A stretch of DNA of 64,000 nucleotides, taken from contig JAWACY010000002.1 in assembly GCA_038896535.1 (NCBI GenBank), positions 91,002 to 155,001 of the forward strand. The letters are read 5' to 3'. A program made the position numbers and the translations under genes. Positions within the stretch are counted from its first letter, which is position 1. Each line of letters opens with the position of its first letter. Positions 38,739 to 48,947 of this stretch are shown here, in pieces. A model generated the notes under the pieces. It made no database searches. It worked only from the letters and a program-made list of their open reading frames with translations, and was not told the DNA's origin. Origin of the DNA: Candidatus Anstonellales archaeon (GTDB lineage Archaea; Micrarchaeota; Micrarchaeia; Anstonellales; J096).

Positions 38739-39521
38739 ATGTTGGTTATGGACAAAAAAAAGGTTGCTGAATACATAAAAGAAAGGCTTGAAAAACAAGG
38801 AGCTATGATATTCTCACTTATTGACCCTCTGGATTATAAAAATGAGGAAGAAATTTTTAGAACAGCAAAAAATTTGAATGAAGGAAATGTTGATTGCATC
38901 CTTATTGGCGGCTCAATAGGTGTGCAGGGCCATTATTTAGATGAAATAATAAAAGGCATAAAAAGCATATCATCTATCCCTATTATCCTATTTCCAGGCA
39001 ATATAGGGACATTAAGCCCATTTGCTGATGCTGTTTATTTTATGAGCTTATTAAATTCTAGAAATAATTACTGGATAACAAGGGCACAAATGCTTGCTGC
39101 TCCTGTTGTAAAAAAGATTGGCATAGAAGCATTATCTGTTGCTTATCTTGTTGTTGAGCCTGGTGGCTCTGTTGGCTTTGTAGGAGAAGTTGACCTATTA
39201 CCAAGAAGCAATTTAAAAGTTGCCAGCGCATATGCAATGGCTGCTGAAATAATGGGCTTTAAATATATCCTAACTGATGCTGGCAGCAATCCAGACAGGC
39301 ATATTCCTTTGCCATTTATTAAAGCAGTAAGAAATTCCACTTCACTGCCATATATTGTTGCTGGCGGGATAAAAAAGCCGGAGCAAGCAAAATCTATTAT
39401 AGAAGCTGGTGCAGACATTGTGCAGATAGGAACAGCATTCGAGCAAGATAACGGCTTAGAAAAAATAAAAGCTTTTGTCAATGCAGTAAGAGAAGCAGGA
39501 AAAAAGAGAAAGCAGTATTAG
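38739..39521 (+). CDS. Geranylgeranylglyceryl-phosphate synthase (PcrB family)
   Basis: LIDP, GGS, ILFPG, SLLNS and GGI motifs; alternative start at 38748. Confidence 0.9.
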   Translation: MLVMDKKKVAEYIKERLEKQGAMIFSLIDPLDYKNEEEIFRTAKNLNEGNVDCILIGGSIGVQGHYLDEIIKGIKSISSIPIILFPGNIGTLSPFADAVYFMSLLNSRNNYWITRAQMLAAPVVKKIGIEALSVAYLVVEPGGSVGFVGEVDLLPRSNLKVASAYAMAAEIMGFKYILTDAGSNPDRHIPLPFIKAVRNSTSLPYIVAGGIKKPEQAKSIIEAGADIVQIGTAFEQDNGLEKIKAFVNAVREAGKKRKQY

Positions 39522-39656
39522 GCTCGTATTAGGCTTATATTGTCAAGACTTTTAAATATCAAATGCGCTCATCTCTTCCGTGTTTATGCCTATTAAAAAT
39601 TAATGGTAAAAAATCAATCTAAAATCCTAACTGCAACAATTAATGCCTAATTGATT

Positions 39657-40322
39657 TTAGTTTAATCTTTCTGTTAGGGTTATATATGGGAATTCCTCTT
39701 GCAACATTTCATCTTCATCTCTTATGTAATCTAATGTTTCCAAGTCAGATTTTGCTTTGCCTGATAAGTCAAATAAATTCATTCTTGAAACGCCAGCGAG
39801 GACAAAACCAAAAACTTCTGTATTATCTTTCAATGCTTTTGCCTGCTCAATAATAGTTGTTTCGCTTTCCCCATGAGCTTCTTTTAATGCTTCTGTATTT
39901 TCTACTTTAATAACAAGCATTGCATTGAAGAACATATCTCTAAGCTTGCTAAAAGGAAATGAAAATATATTATTGGCTAAAGCATTTTTATCATCATTTT
40001 TACCGCCATTTTTATCATTTAATTTATTGTTATCATATACATAAAATTGGTAATATGGCAAATTTATGAGAACGCCTTTTTTCCTGTATGAATCCCTGCC
40101 TATTGGATAAAAAATTAGCAAATATTGCTCAAAAATTTCTTTGCCATTCAATGCATCTCCAAACTCATTAGGTGTTTTAATAGTTGCTTTCACTGCAACA
40201 AAATCGCATTTTCTGAGTTTTTTTACCAACCCTTCATTGCCAGTTATTTGAATCTCAAAATAAGGTTTTTCTGCATTGCTTTTTTCTGCATTGTTTTTTT
40301 TATCCTTTAACATATCAACCAC
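39657..40322 (-). CDS. Hypothetical protein
   Basis: 221-aa ORF, GTG start 23 nt from TTTAAA. Confidence 0.6.
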   Translation of the reverse strand: MVDMLKDKKNNAEKSNAEKPYFEIQITGNEGLVKKLRKCDFVAVKATIKTPNEFGDALNGKEIFEQYLLIFYPIGRDSYRKKGVLINLPYYQFYVYDNNKLNDKNGGKNDDKNALANNIFSFPFSKLRDMFFNAMLVIKVENTEALKEAHGESETTIIEQAKALKDNTEVFGFVLAGVSRMNLFDLSGKAKSDLETLDYIRDEDEMLQEEFPYITLTERLN

Positions 40323-40374
40323 AATATAATTGTTATATTACGTATTTAAAAATGTTTCTACTATAAAAATTATT

Positions 40375-41118
40375 ATGACACTATGCATGGGATTTGGGCA
40401 AAATAAAGAAATAAAAAGGAGTGCTGAAAATGATAAGAATAATGAAGGGTATAAGATAAAAAGCAAAATAGCATCCTTTTATGGATTAAAGGATAAAATA
40501 AATGGGGATAAAATAAATGGGGGAATGAATAGAATCAAAAGAATGCCAAGAGCATTTGCCATTGCTTATGCTATTTTATCTTCTCTTTCCTACATTAATG
40601 GATTAAATTATTTGGCTAAATCAAATATGGACATTGCTTTTTATAATAGCATTGCAGGAATTAATTTAAATACAAGAACAACAAATTATGAAGAAATGGC
40701 AAGAAAAATAAAAGAAATAAGGGCTGATTTTTTAACTAACTCAATAGAGATGAAATTATTGAACAACATGAACAGACAGTTTAAAGAAGGAGAAAAAATA
40801 AATTTAGATATTGACATCACAGCAGATAAAGATCTTTATATAATGGCTGCTCTTATAGTAATAGGTGGAGGAAGAATGGCATTAATTGTTAATAAAGAGG
40901 AAGAAAATAATTTAACTATAAGGATTTCATTCACAATAAGTAAAGGGTTAATAAAAGAAATTAATGGGCTTAAAGTTTTATACTTAAAACTTATTGTTAG
41001 CGGGGTCGATAAAGAATTATTAGCAAAAAAAAGTACTAATGAAAAAATAGATAATGAAAATATAGATAAAGAAGACGTTTTAATAAAGGTGTTTAATCTT
41101 GCCATACCATTAGCTTAA
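40375..41118 (+). CDS. Hypothetical membrane-anchored protein
   Basis: Charged N-terminus, one TM segment, beta-rich C-terminal domain. Confidence 0.55.
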   Translation: MTLCMGFGQNKEIKRSAENDKNNEGYKIKSKIASFYGLKDKINGDKINGGMNRIKRMPRAFAIAYAILSSLSYINGLNYLAKSNMDIAFYNSIAGINLNTRTTNYEEMARKIKEIRADFLTNSIEMKLLNNMNRQFKEGEKINLDIDITADKDLYIMAALIVIGGGRMALIVNKEEENNLTIRISFTISKGLIKEINGLKVLYLKLIVSGVDKELLAKKSTNEKIDNENIDKEDVLIKVFNLAIPLA

Positions 41119-41179
41119 ATACAATTAGCTTATAGCACTAGTAGAGTTAAGTTTAAAAAACAAATTGAGAAAATGCTTT

Positions 41180-41758
41180 ATGCGAGATGTTGTTGTTGCA
41201 ATATCAATATTATTAATAGTTGCTTTCATTATTAGCATATTGCTAATTTTTGCTACTGCAAAACAAACAGGCCAAATTTTAAGTGTGGAGAAACAATCAA
41301 TAGAGAACGCCATAATAGAAGACGCAAGCCAGAGATTCAGAGGGGCTGATATAATAGATATTGTAAAACTTACAAAAAAAGATAACAATGAGGTTGCAGT
41401 ATTAAGAGTAACATATAATTATTCTTCAATATGCCCAAAAAGGGAGCATGTTTACTATTCTTATCCAGAAGGCAGGTTTTTGCCTCAATACCCAATAGAA
41501 GTAATAACATCTTGCGACTTATGCAGGAATAGCAATAATTGCTTAATCGCATATGAAGAGGAAGCAATCATTGCAAGCACAAATATTAAAGGCACTGAAA
41601 AACTTAGAGATTTCGTAATAAATGAAGGGGCCAGCCCGATACCAAAAAAGATAGGAGAAAATGTTTGGAAGGTTACATGGATCTCTGAAGATGGGAAGAT
41701 AGGCACGGCCAGCTTTACAAATAAAGGAGAGCTTATACAAGTTTCTGTTAGCTCTTAA
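41180..41758 (+). CDS. Hypothetical membrane-anchored Cys-containing protein
   Basis: N-terminal TM helix; CP....YY.YP and C..C....C.I.YEEEAIIAS. Confidence 0.65.
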   Translation: MRDVVVAISILLIVAFIISILLIFATAKQTGQILSVEKQSIENAIIEDASQRFRGADIIDIVKLTKKDNNEVAVLRVTYNYSSICPKREHVYYSYPEGRFLPQYPIEVITSCDLCRNSNNCLIAYEEEAIIASTNIKGTEKLRDFVINEGASPIPKKIGENVWKVTWISEDGKIGTASFTNKGELIQVSVSS

Positions 41759-41777
41759 TTGCATTAAAGGTGGTAAA

Positions 41778-42884
41778 ATGATTGAATTAAAAGAACTGCC
41801 ATTGGTAAAAGCAGATGAGCCATTATCTAAAGGCATTGCACTTTTATTAAAACCATCTCCGATTGTTGGTGTTTTAGAAGGCAATAACTTAATTGGGGTA
41901 TTAGATGACAGACATTTGAGCATAAGGGCAAAAGATGCTTCGCAGATAAAATGTTCCAGTGTTTCCATAAAGTGCCATAAAATAAAGAAAATCGGCAGCA
42001 TAGAGCATTTAATAAAAATTTTTGCTAACGAGCATTTCAAAGCACTTCCTGTTGTTGGAAAAGATAACAGGCCAGTTGGTTATTATTCAAGGAGCGAGAT
42101 ATTAAAGGCAATTGTTGATAAAGGCCTTTTGCCAGATGTTAGCATAACAGATATTATGTCTGCTCCTATTTATACAATAGATTCAAATGCAACATTAGGA
42201 GAAGCAAAAGCAAGAATGAAAGAGCTGGGCGTAAAAAGATTGACAGTATTGGAGAATGGCAGATTAATTGGTGTCATATCAAGCTTTGATCTTATAGCAT
42301 TGAAAATAAAACCAAAACAAAGACAAAGCATGCAACTTGTAAAAGAAGTGAAAAATATTGAAAATACAAAAGTAAAAGAGCTTTTAAGAGAGCCATTGCT
42401 TATAGTAGCAAAAACAGATAGGCTTTATGATGTTGTAACAAAAATGTATGAAAAAAATGTTTCTTATGCATTAGTAGTTGAAAGCTTGGAAAAAAGAAAG
42501 CCAATTGGCATATTAACAGCAAGGGCGATATTCAAAAAAGTTTTAGAGAACATAGAAAAGCCAAAAACAAAAATAGAGATATCTGGATTAAAAGATAAAA
42601 ATATGTGGGCCTTTGATGAGATAAAAGATGCATTTATGAAGTTGGCAGAAAAAATAAATAAAATAAAAAGCCTTGATAAAATATCAATAACAATCAAAGA
42701 AGGAAAAAGCACTTATCGTTATAATGTAGGGGTTTATTCAGAAGGCAAAATAGAGCATTTCCATTCAGAAGATGAAGAGCTTTTAATGGCTGCTTATAAA
42801 GTCATTGACATAATAAAAGCGCGGGCGTTAAAAGAAAAGGGAAGAAAACACTTAAGAAAACCGGCTGAAGAGGAATTTGAATGA
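41778..42884 (+). CDS. Four-CBS-domain protein with HPF/RaiA-like C-terminal domain (archaeal hibernation-factor type)
   Basis: Four CBS repeats followed by an ~95-aa beta-alpha-beta-beta-beta-alpha-like domain starting IEISG. Confidence 0.75.
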   Translation: MIELKELPLVKADEPLSKGIALLLKPSPIVGVLEGNNLIGVLDDRHLSIRAKDASQIKCSSVSIKCHKIKKIGSIEHLIKIFANEHFKALPVVGKDNRPVGYYSRSEILKAIVDKGLLPDVSITDIMSAPIYTIDSNATLGEAKARMKELGVKRLTVLENGRLIGVISSFDLIALKIKPKQRQSMQLVKEVKNIENTKVKELLREPLLIVAKTDRLYDVVTKMYEKNVSYALVVESLEKRKPIGILTARAIFKKVLENIEKPKTKIEISGLKDKNMWAFDEIKDAFMKLAEKINKIKSLDKISITIKEGKSTYRYNVGVYSEGKIEHFHSEDEELLMAAYKVIDIIKARALKEKGRKHLRKPAEEEFE

Positions 42885-43306
42885 AAAAACATAGGGCACA
42901 AGTTTCATTTGAATTGCTTGCTATTATCTTCTTTATTTTTGCATTATTTATCCCTATATTATATTTTTTTTACATAAGGTCTTCAGATATAACAAGGCAG
43001 GCATCAAATGATTATGCAAGTGCTTATTTAGATGCAATTTATTCAAATGCTTTATCTGTCTATCATGCTGGTAATGGCAGTTATGTCATAGCAGTCATAA
43101 ATGTCCCGAATGGAATAAAGAATATTGCTATAAAAAATATAAACAGCATGCCAATATTACTTGTAATTGAAACTGAAGGCAGTAATATGACAAAGATCAT
43201 GCCAGCAAATACAACTATAGATGGAAAAGATAGATTGATATTGCCAGGAATAAGAGAGATAAACATAAGTTATGACGGAAATGCTATATTAATAAAGCCA
43301 AAATAA
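42881..43306 (+). CDS. Class III signal peptide (pilin-like) protein
   Basis: KKHRAQ.SFE followed by a hydrophobic stretch. Confidence 0.8.
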   Translation: MKKHRAQVSFELLAIIFFIFALFIPILYFFYIRSSDITRQASNDYASAYLDAIYSNALSVYHAGNGSYVIAVINVPNGIKNIAIKNINSMPILLVIETEGSNMTKIMPANTTIDGKDRLILPGIREINISYDGNAILIKPK

Positions 43307-43343
43307 ACAGCAATAAATAAAAAAAGGCAGAATAAAATATTTT

Positions 43344-44609
43344 ATGGCAAGCGTTATAGCACTAATAGAAAAAAATAAAAAATTACTGATTGAATTACAT
43401 GAAAAGGATAAATCAATGTATTCAAATGCATTAACACTCCCAGGCGGGCATATAGAAAAGGGCGAAAACGAGGAGCAAGCATTAATAAGAGAAATGAAAG
43501 AAGAGCTTGACATTTTACCATTGAAATATAAAAAACTCGGCACATTCAAAGTAATAAAAGATTTTAACAATTATTCTTATGAGCATGTTTTTCACATAAC
43601 CTCATTTGAAGGCAAGATAAAAAAATTGTCAGCAAGCAATCTATTCTGGATAAATAAAAACATTGCTGAAAGTATGCTAGAATTAGAGCCAGATAAAAAT
43701 GCTGTTAGATTTCTATTCAAAAAGGGAAAACAAAGAGCATTAAAATGCTTTGGCATAGAATTCAAAACAAAAAATGTTTTTTTAGATTTTCATAAAAAAT
43801 ATGGGCCAGTAACAGTAATAAAAGGGAAGAGAAACATTATGATAAAAAGCGGTGAAAAGCCGAAAAGTTCTGGTCTTTTTCTTGCATTTGAAACAGCAAA
43901 GAAAATGAAAAGTAATAAAGTTTATAAAGTTCTTGACATAGGCACTGGCAATGGAGCAGTTTTATTTGGCATATATGCATTTGCTGATATAGATTGCTAT
44001 TGCATAGAAAAGCATGCAGGTCCTTTAAAAGAATTAAAAACTAATGCTGAGATAAATAAATTGAGAAACATAAAAATAATAAGAAAAGATATAAATAAGG
44101 ATATAAATTTAATAGAAAATAAGAATAAAACCTTCGATTTTATAACAAGCAATATAGCACAACTCCCATACAATGCTGGGATTATTAAAAAACTCAGATT
44201 AAATAAAGAGAGCATAGATTATAATTTTGCTAAATCCAATGGCTGGCAAAATATAAAAAGCGTTTTGTCATTGTCAAAAAAAATATTGAATAAGGACGGA
44301 AAGTTAATGCTATTAATGTTTTCATTTTTAGGCACTTCTAAAAGAACTGGCAAAGAAAAATGTCTCATTGAATTAGCAAAAGACAATTTCTCATTTAGGC
44401 TATGTAATTCATATATAAGAAAGATAAGGGGCAATGGCATAACAGCATCTGCATTGCCAGCAATTGCAAAACACTACCCAAAAGCAGAATTTTTCTATTT
44501 GACAAAAAATGGAATTAAAAAATGCTATGCAAGAAAAGCATATAAAATGTTTTCTCATAATTTTCCATTATACACAAAAATGGAGGTCTGGGAGTTATGC
44601 AGAAGATAA
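43344..44609 (+). CDS. NUDIX hydrolase fused to class I SAM-dependent methyltransferase
   Basis: Nudix box GGHIEKGE...A..RE..EE; VLDIGTG.G motif I; FDFI.SN.AQ motif IV variant. Confidence 0.8.
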   Translation: MASVIALIEKNKKLLIELHEKDKSMYSNALTLPGGHIEKGENEEQALIREMKEELDILPLKYKKLGTFKVIKDFNNYSYEHVFHITSFEGKIKKLSASNLFWINKNIAESMLELEPDKNAVRFLFKKGKQRALKCFGIEFKTKNVFLDFHKKYGPVTVIKGKRNIMIKSGEKPKSSGLFLAFETAKKMKSNKVYKVLDIGTGNGAVLFGIYAFADIDCYCIEKHAGPLKELKTNAEINKLRNIKIIRKDINKDINLIENKNKTFDFITSNIAQLPYNAGIIKKLRLNKESIDYNFAKSNGWQNIKSVLSLSKKILNKDGKLMLLMFSFLGTSKRTGKEKCLIELAKDNFSFRLCNSYIRKIRGNGITASALPAIAKHYPKAEFFYLTKNGIKKCYARKAYKMFSHNFPLYTKMEVWELCRR

Positions 44610-45166
44610 TTTTTATTGGCGGAGCTTCAGGAGTAGGAAAGACAACATTTGCTAGAGAACTCGCAATTAAAAACAAAGCAGAATATTTGCACTTCTTCAA
44701 GTATTTTCATTCATTTTTTGGGAAGCCTGATAAAAAGCATTATTATGAATTATTGAATTATTTTACTCAAATACTAATAAAGCAATTAAAAGCATCTGAC
44801 AATGATGTTTTCATTGACATGCATTATGCTCTCCAGTTAGATAGCATAAATTGTTGGAGTAAAAGGGCAGTTGATCCAAATGCAAAGTTTTATCCAAGCC
44901 TAAAAAAGGAAAGCATAAAATTGTTAAAAAGTTATTTTGATGTCTATGCTATAATGTTATTAACTGGATATGGAAACATTGATAAAAGATTTGGCATTAG
45001 AAAAGAGCAATTCGAAAAAGAACAAGAAGGAGAGCTAGAGCAATATTTAAATCTACCATTGGAGAATGAAAGGAAATTAATGCTATTAAGGACTGATCTA
45101 AAATTTATGGCTCAACTTCTTCAATCGTATATTCTGGGAAAAAGGCTGGAAAATCAAATGATTTAA
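44597..45166 (+). CDS. P-loop nucleotide-kinase-like protein
   Basis: GGASGVGKTT Walker A; IDMHY resembles the archaeal AdkA DTH motif. Confidence 0.7.
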   Translation: MQKIIFIGGASGVGKTTFARELAIKNKAEYLHFFKYFHSFFGKPDKKHYYELLNYFTQILIKQLKASDNDVFIDMHYALQLDSINCWSKRAVDPNAKFYPSLKKESIKLLKSYFDVYAIMLLTGYGNIDKRFGIRKEQFEKEQEGELEQYLNLPLENERKLMLLRTDLKFMAQLLQSYILGKRLENQMI

Positions 45167-45713
45167 ACCTTTCATAATTTATTTCTTCTTTTTTCTTATC
45201 ATCTATTTTTGCTATTGTAACAACCTTCTTTTCTCTGTCCACATTTATTACTTCTAAACCAGCGAATTTAAAGAATGCTTTTATTTTTTCAATTTCATCT
45301 TTTATGACCTTTCTTAACTTAACTTTCACAATAACGCTCTTGCCAGCAAGTGGATGGTTAAAATCTATTGTCACTCTGCCAGCTTCTATTTTCTTAACAG
45401 TTCCTTGTATTGGTCCGTATGGCCCTTTAAATTCCAATGTCTGCCCTTCTCTTATATCAGCATTTGCAAAAGCAGATAGGGGATATGTCTTTACAAGGCT
45501 TAAATCTCTTTCCCCAAATGCTTCATGCTTGTTCAGCTCTTTTTCCATCTCTTGCCCTTCTTTAAGCCTGCCTATATCAATATCAATGGCATTGAATATT
45601 GAATTATAACCATATATTATAAGCGCCCCTTGTTCTTTTGTTTCAATGCTTAAATCGCCATCTTTTTCTTTTATCTTGTAATCAACAACAAGAAAATCTC
45701 CAAATATTGCCAT
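45105..45713 (-). CDS. slyD: FKBP-type peptidyl-prolyl isomerase (SlyD-like, long archaeal form)
   Basis: AFGER and GRV.IDFNHPLAGK motifs. Confidence 0.9.
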   Translation of the reverse strand: MAIFGDFLVVDYKIKEKDGDLSIETKEQGALIIYGYNSIFNAIDIDIGRLKEGQEMEKELNKHEAFGERDLSLVKTYPLSAFANADIREGQTLEFKGPYGPIQGTVKKIEAGRVTIDFNHPLAGKSVIVKVKLRKVIKDEIEKIKAFFKFAGLEVINVDREKKVVTIAKIDDKKKEEINYERFKSFDFPAFFPEYTIEEVEP

Positions 45714-45772
45714 TTTACCACCAATACATAATTAAAACATACGATTTTTAAATTCTCCTTAAAAATTCATTT

Positions 45773-46741
45773 ATGGATGCAAAAAAAGCTCTTGCTATCT
45801 TTATTGCATTAATATTACTTGGGGAAGCTTTATATTTAATATTTATAAATAATCAAAGAGTAAATATAGGCAACAATAATGAAGAACAAAGAGAGCTTTT
45901 TACTGCTATTATAAAAGCAAAAATAGTGAAGCTTGACAGGATAACAACAAAAAATAGCGATTTAGCAAATGCATTAAGTTTTTGCAACCAAAATAAAATA
46001 ATGGATGATTACATAATAAGCTGCCAAGAGCAGGGCAATTTGAGCAGTATTTTAAAAAATTTCGATGGTTTTAACAGCACTACATTCAGATATAAGATTA
46101 ATACAGAGAAAGTCATTACAAAGGTAAGCCAAGGCAATTTCACGCAAGACATGGATATTACACTACCATATTACATAGAATTAAATGGAACAATAGAGCT
46201 TGAGGGCACAGCAACAATAATAAATGATTCAATATCAAGCATAAGTATAAACAGCATATACACAAAGAGAGACTTAATAAATGAGAGCGCTAAAGTGTTA
46301 GAATCAAAAATTATTAATTATTTATATTCAATACCATTTGATTATAGAAATATCATTCCAAAAAATAATGAATCAAATATTAATATTAGAAATGTTGTTT
46401 ATACAAACATGACAAATATAGAAAAACCAGATTTTGTATCATTTGTTGGAGAAGGGTATATAATAGTAAATGACGCTGTTAATGCAGAAGAAGTAAAAAA
46501 GTATTACAAAGATGCTGTGATGCCAAATATCATTTATGAAACAAAAGAAAAGATTAATAATAATTATAATTTCAGTTATTCAATTTTATATAATCTAACT
46601 TTAAACACAAGTATTGGGCTAATAAACACATCTTATAATAGCAATAAAACAATAAATGAGGGAGAATATTTAAACATATCAATTGATTTAATAAAGTCAG
46701 GCGATTTAATAATAAGTAAAAAATTAACAATTATTGGTTGA
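45773..46741 (+). CDS. Hypothetical membrane-anchored extracellular glycoprotein
   Basis: N-terminal TM helix, Asn-rich with many sequons. Confidence 0.65.
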   Translation: MDAKKALAIFIALILLGEALYLIFINNQRVNIGNNNEEQRELFTAIIKAKIVKLDRITTKNSDLANALSFCNQNKIMDDYIISCQEQGNLSSILKNFDGFNSTTFRYKINTEKVITKVSQGNFTQDMDITLPYYIELNGTIELEGTATIINDSISSISINSIYTKRDLINESAKVLESKIINYLYSIPFDYRNIIPKNNESNINIRNVVYTNMTNIEKPDFVSFVGEGYIIVNDAVNAEEVKKYYKDAVMPNIIYETKEKINNNYNFSYSILYNLTLNTSIGLINTSYNSNKTINEGEYLNISIDLIKSGDLIISKKLTIIG

Positions 46742-46819
46742 TTTTATTAAGATTTTATTGTTTATTAAGATTTTATTGATGGCCACATTAATAATCAATT
46801 TATTTAATAATTAAGTTAT

Positions 46820-48814
46820 TTAATAACCAATTTCATTATTTTTTAGTCTCATGATCTCTAGCTCATCTATATACTTTTTGAAGATTTTTAATAATATGGG
46901 CTTAACAATTTTCATAGACAAAATCCTTATAAATGAAGCTGGCGCTGAAAAAAGCGTTTTTATGCTTAGCCTTTCTTTTTTATCTTTTGAAACTTGTATG
47001 TTCAATATGAAATTTCTTAAATTATCATTAGCATAAAATGCAATTAATTTTTCTGTTCTTATTATATGTAGCAGTTCAACATAGCTCTTAATCGATCTCT
47101 GCCCATATTTAATAAGAGATGAGATTATTGGCTCTTTAATATCATTTCTTGCGTATAACCCCTCAGCTTCAAACAACTTATTTAATTCATTTAGATAATT
47201 TAAAAATGACCTATTATCATATAAGCTTTTTTTCTCTTCTATCAATCTATCCAAAAATGAAGCAGCGATATTTGACATAATGTTAAGCTTTGTAAAAAAT
47301 CCTATTTTGCTCTCTTTAAAAATATCTCTTATCTCATAAAAGTCTATATAGCTATCAGCATTTTTAACATAAAATGGCAAAAGATAAATTAATTTATTTC
47401 TTACAATAAATGAATAATCACCATCAATAAATTTGTAGAATTCAAACTCTTTGTACTTTTCATTTAATACTTTCAATACTTCATTATCAAAAGCTATGTT
47501 GCTGAACTGTTTTGTTTTTGCCATGCTATAAACAAAATCATTTATAATTTCATTAACAGCTCTGACTAAATATATATCGTTAATATTATCAGAATTGAGC
47601 GTTTTTATTAAATTACATACAAACATTGAATAATATAACAAAAATGCTTTTCGTTCTTTTTCTGATTCTGATATTGGGTCACTCTTATTTCTTTGCTTTC
47701 TGTAATCACTAACTTCATTCTTCACTTTTTCTTTTATTCTCCTAACTACAAAAATTGGGATGCCGGCATTATTAAAATAAGAATCAACGCTTTCTAATGC
47801 TGGGTTGGTCTGTTTAAATAATAGTTCATCATAAGCCTTATCCATAACTTCTATAAATAGTCTCTTCCTACGTTCATGCATTATATAGTTTTCAAGATTA
47901 ATTGGTATTCTGTAATCAAGCATTGATAAGCTGCCCGTATCAATATTTAGCGCTAAAGATGGGGTGTATATTATTTCATTCATAACACAAATGCCCAATG
48001 GCCTTAAAACTAATTTTCCTTTTTCAAAATTTACCACATCACACATCAATCTTAGTATTTTTTCATGTTCTGAGAATAAAGCATTTAGCCATTCATGCCT
48101 TACAGGCTTATAAAAAAGCCTTATTTTATCAAATCCATATTTAAAAGCCATATTCAGGGCAATTATTAACTGCATCGGGTTTCTAAATGCCTTATCTTCC
48201 TTAACATTATCCTGATCAAAATAATAATCTGGGTATTTTTTATCATTATTATTAAATTCCACATCATAGCAATTGTTTTTATCAGCACGGGTAAATTTAA
48301 AGCTATATGAGATTTGTAAATGTGTTCTATAATCATTTCCAACAATCATATACCTAGGCCCAGATAATGATAATAGGTCTTTTTTTATGTAATCTTGCCC
48401 ATCTTCTTCATTTTTTGATTTTATATCAAATGCATTTTTTAATATAAAATGATGAATCCTTAAATAGCGCAACTCATTAACAATATCGCTTCCAAATATG
48501 TAAATAAGTAACCTATCAAATTTCTCTGATACTGGGGGAAAATGTTCATTTAAAAATACTTTACTCGGGTGATAGCCATCTATGCCAATTATTTCTTGCC
48601 TAAACTCTGATAAATTTTTGTCTACTTCAAATATTTTATCTATTAATGTTCCAGCCACTTTTATTTGCTCTGCTAATTTAGCATTTAATTTGTCATAAAA
48701 ACTGCTATCAGTTCTTAAAAAAATCTTCCTGCATTTTATGAGCTGTTTTTTCAAAGCTTGCAAATAATCATGTCTTTCAATTATTAATCTTTTTCTTGTA
48801 TCAAAGCCCCCCAT
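46820..48814 (-). CDS. Hypothetical protein (664 aa)
   Basis: Long ORF with TTTAAA about 22 nt upstream; no motif recognised. Confidence 0.65.
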   Translation of the reverse strand: MGGFDTRKRLIIERHDYLQALKKQLIKCRKIFLRTDSSFYDKLNAKLAEQIKVAGTLIDKIFEVDKNLSEFRQEIIGIDGYHPSKVFLNEHFPPVSEKFDRLLIYIFGSDIVNELRYLRIHHFILKNAFDIKSKNEEDGQDYIKKDLLSLSGPRYMIVGNDYRTHLQISYSFKFTRADKNNCYDVEFNNNDKKYPDYYFDQDNVKEDKAFRNPMQLIIALNMAFKYGFDKIRLFYKPVRHEWLNALFSEHEKILRLMCDVVNFEKGKLVLRPLGICVMNEIIYTPSLALNIDTGSLSMLDYRIPINLENYIMHERRKRLFIEVMDKAYDELLFKQTNPALESVDSYFNNAGIPIFVVRRIKEKVKNEVSDYRKQRNKSDPISESEKERKAFLLYYSMFVCNLIKTLNSDNINDIYLVRAVNEIINDFVYSMAKTKQFSNIAFDNEVLKVLNEKYKEFEFYKFIDGDYSFIVRNKLIYLLPFYVKNADSYIDFYEIRDIFKESKIGFFTKLNIMSNIAASFLDRLIEEKKSLYDNRSFLNYLNELNKLFEAEGLYARNDIKEPIISSLIKYGQRSIKSYVELLHIIRTEKLIAFYANDNLRNFILNIQVSKDKKERLSIKTLFSAPASFIRILSMKIVKPILLKIFKKYIDELEIMRLKNNEIGY

Positions 48815-48947
48815 AAAATAAAATAGAATTCGTTTTTTAAAATTTTACTTCCAATAAGCAATTCACAATAATTCAAGATAAACTTTTACTCCTACTAATC
48901 TCCAATTTATTCTTTCCCTTATTTTTCCAATGCTTTATCATTTTTTC

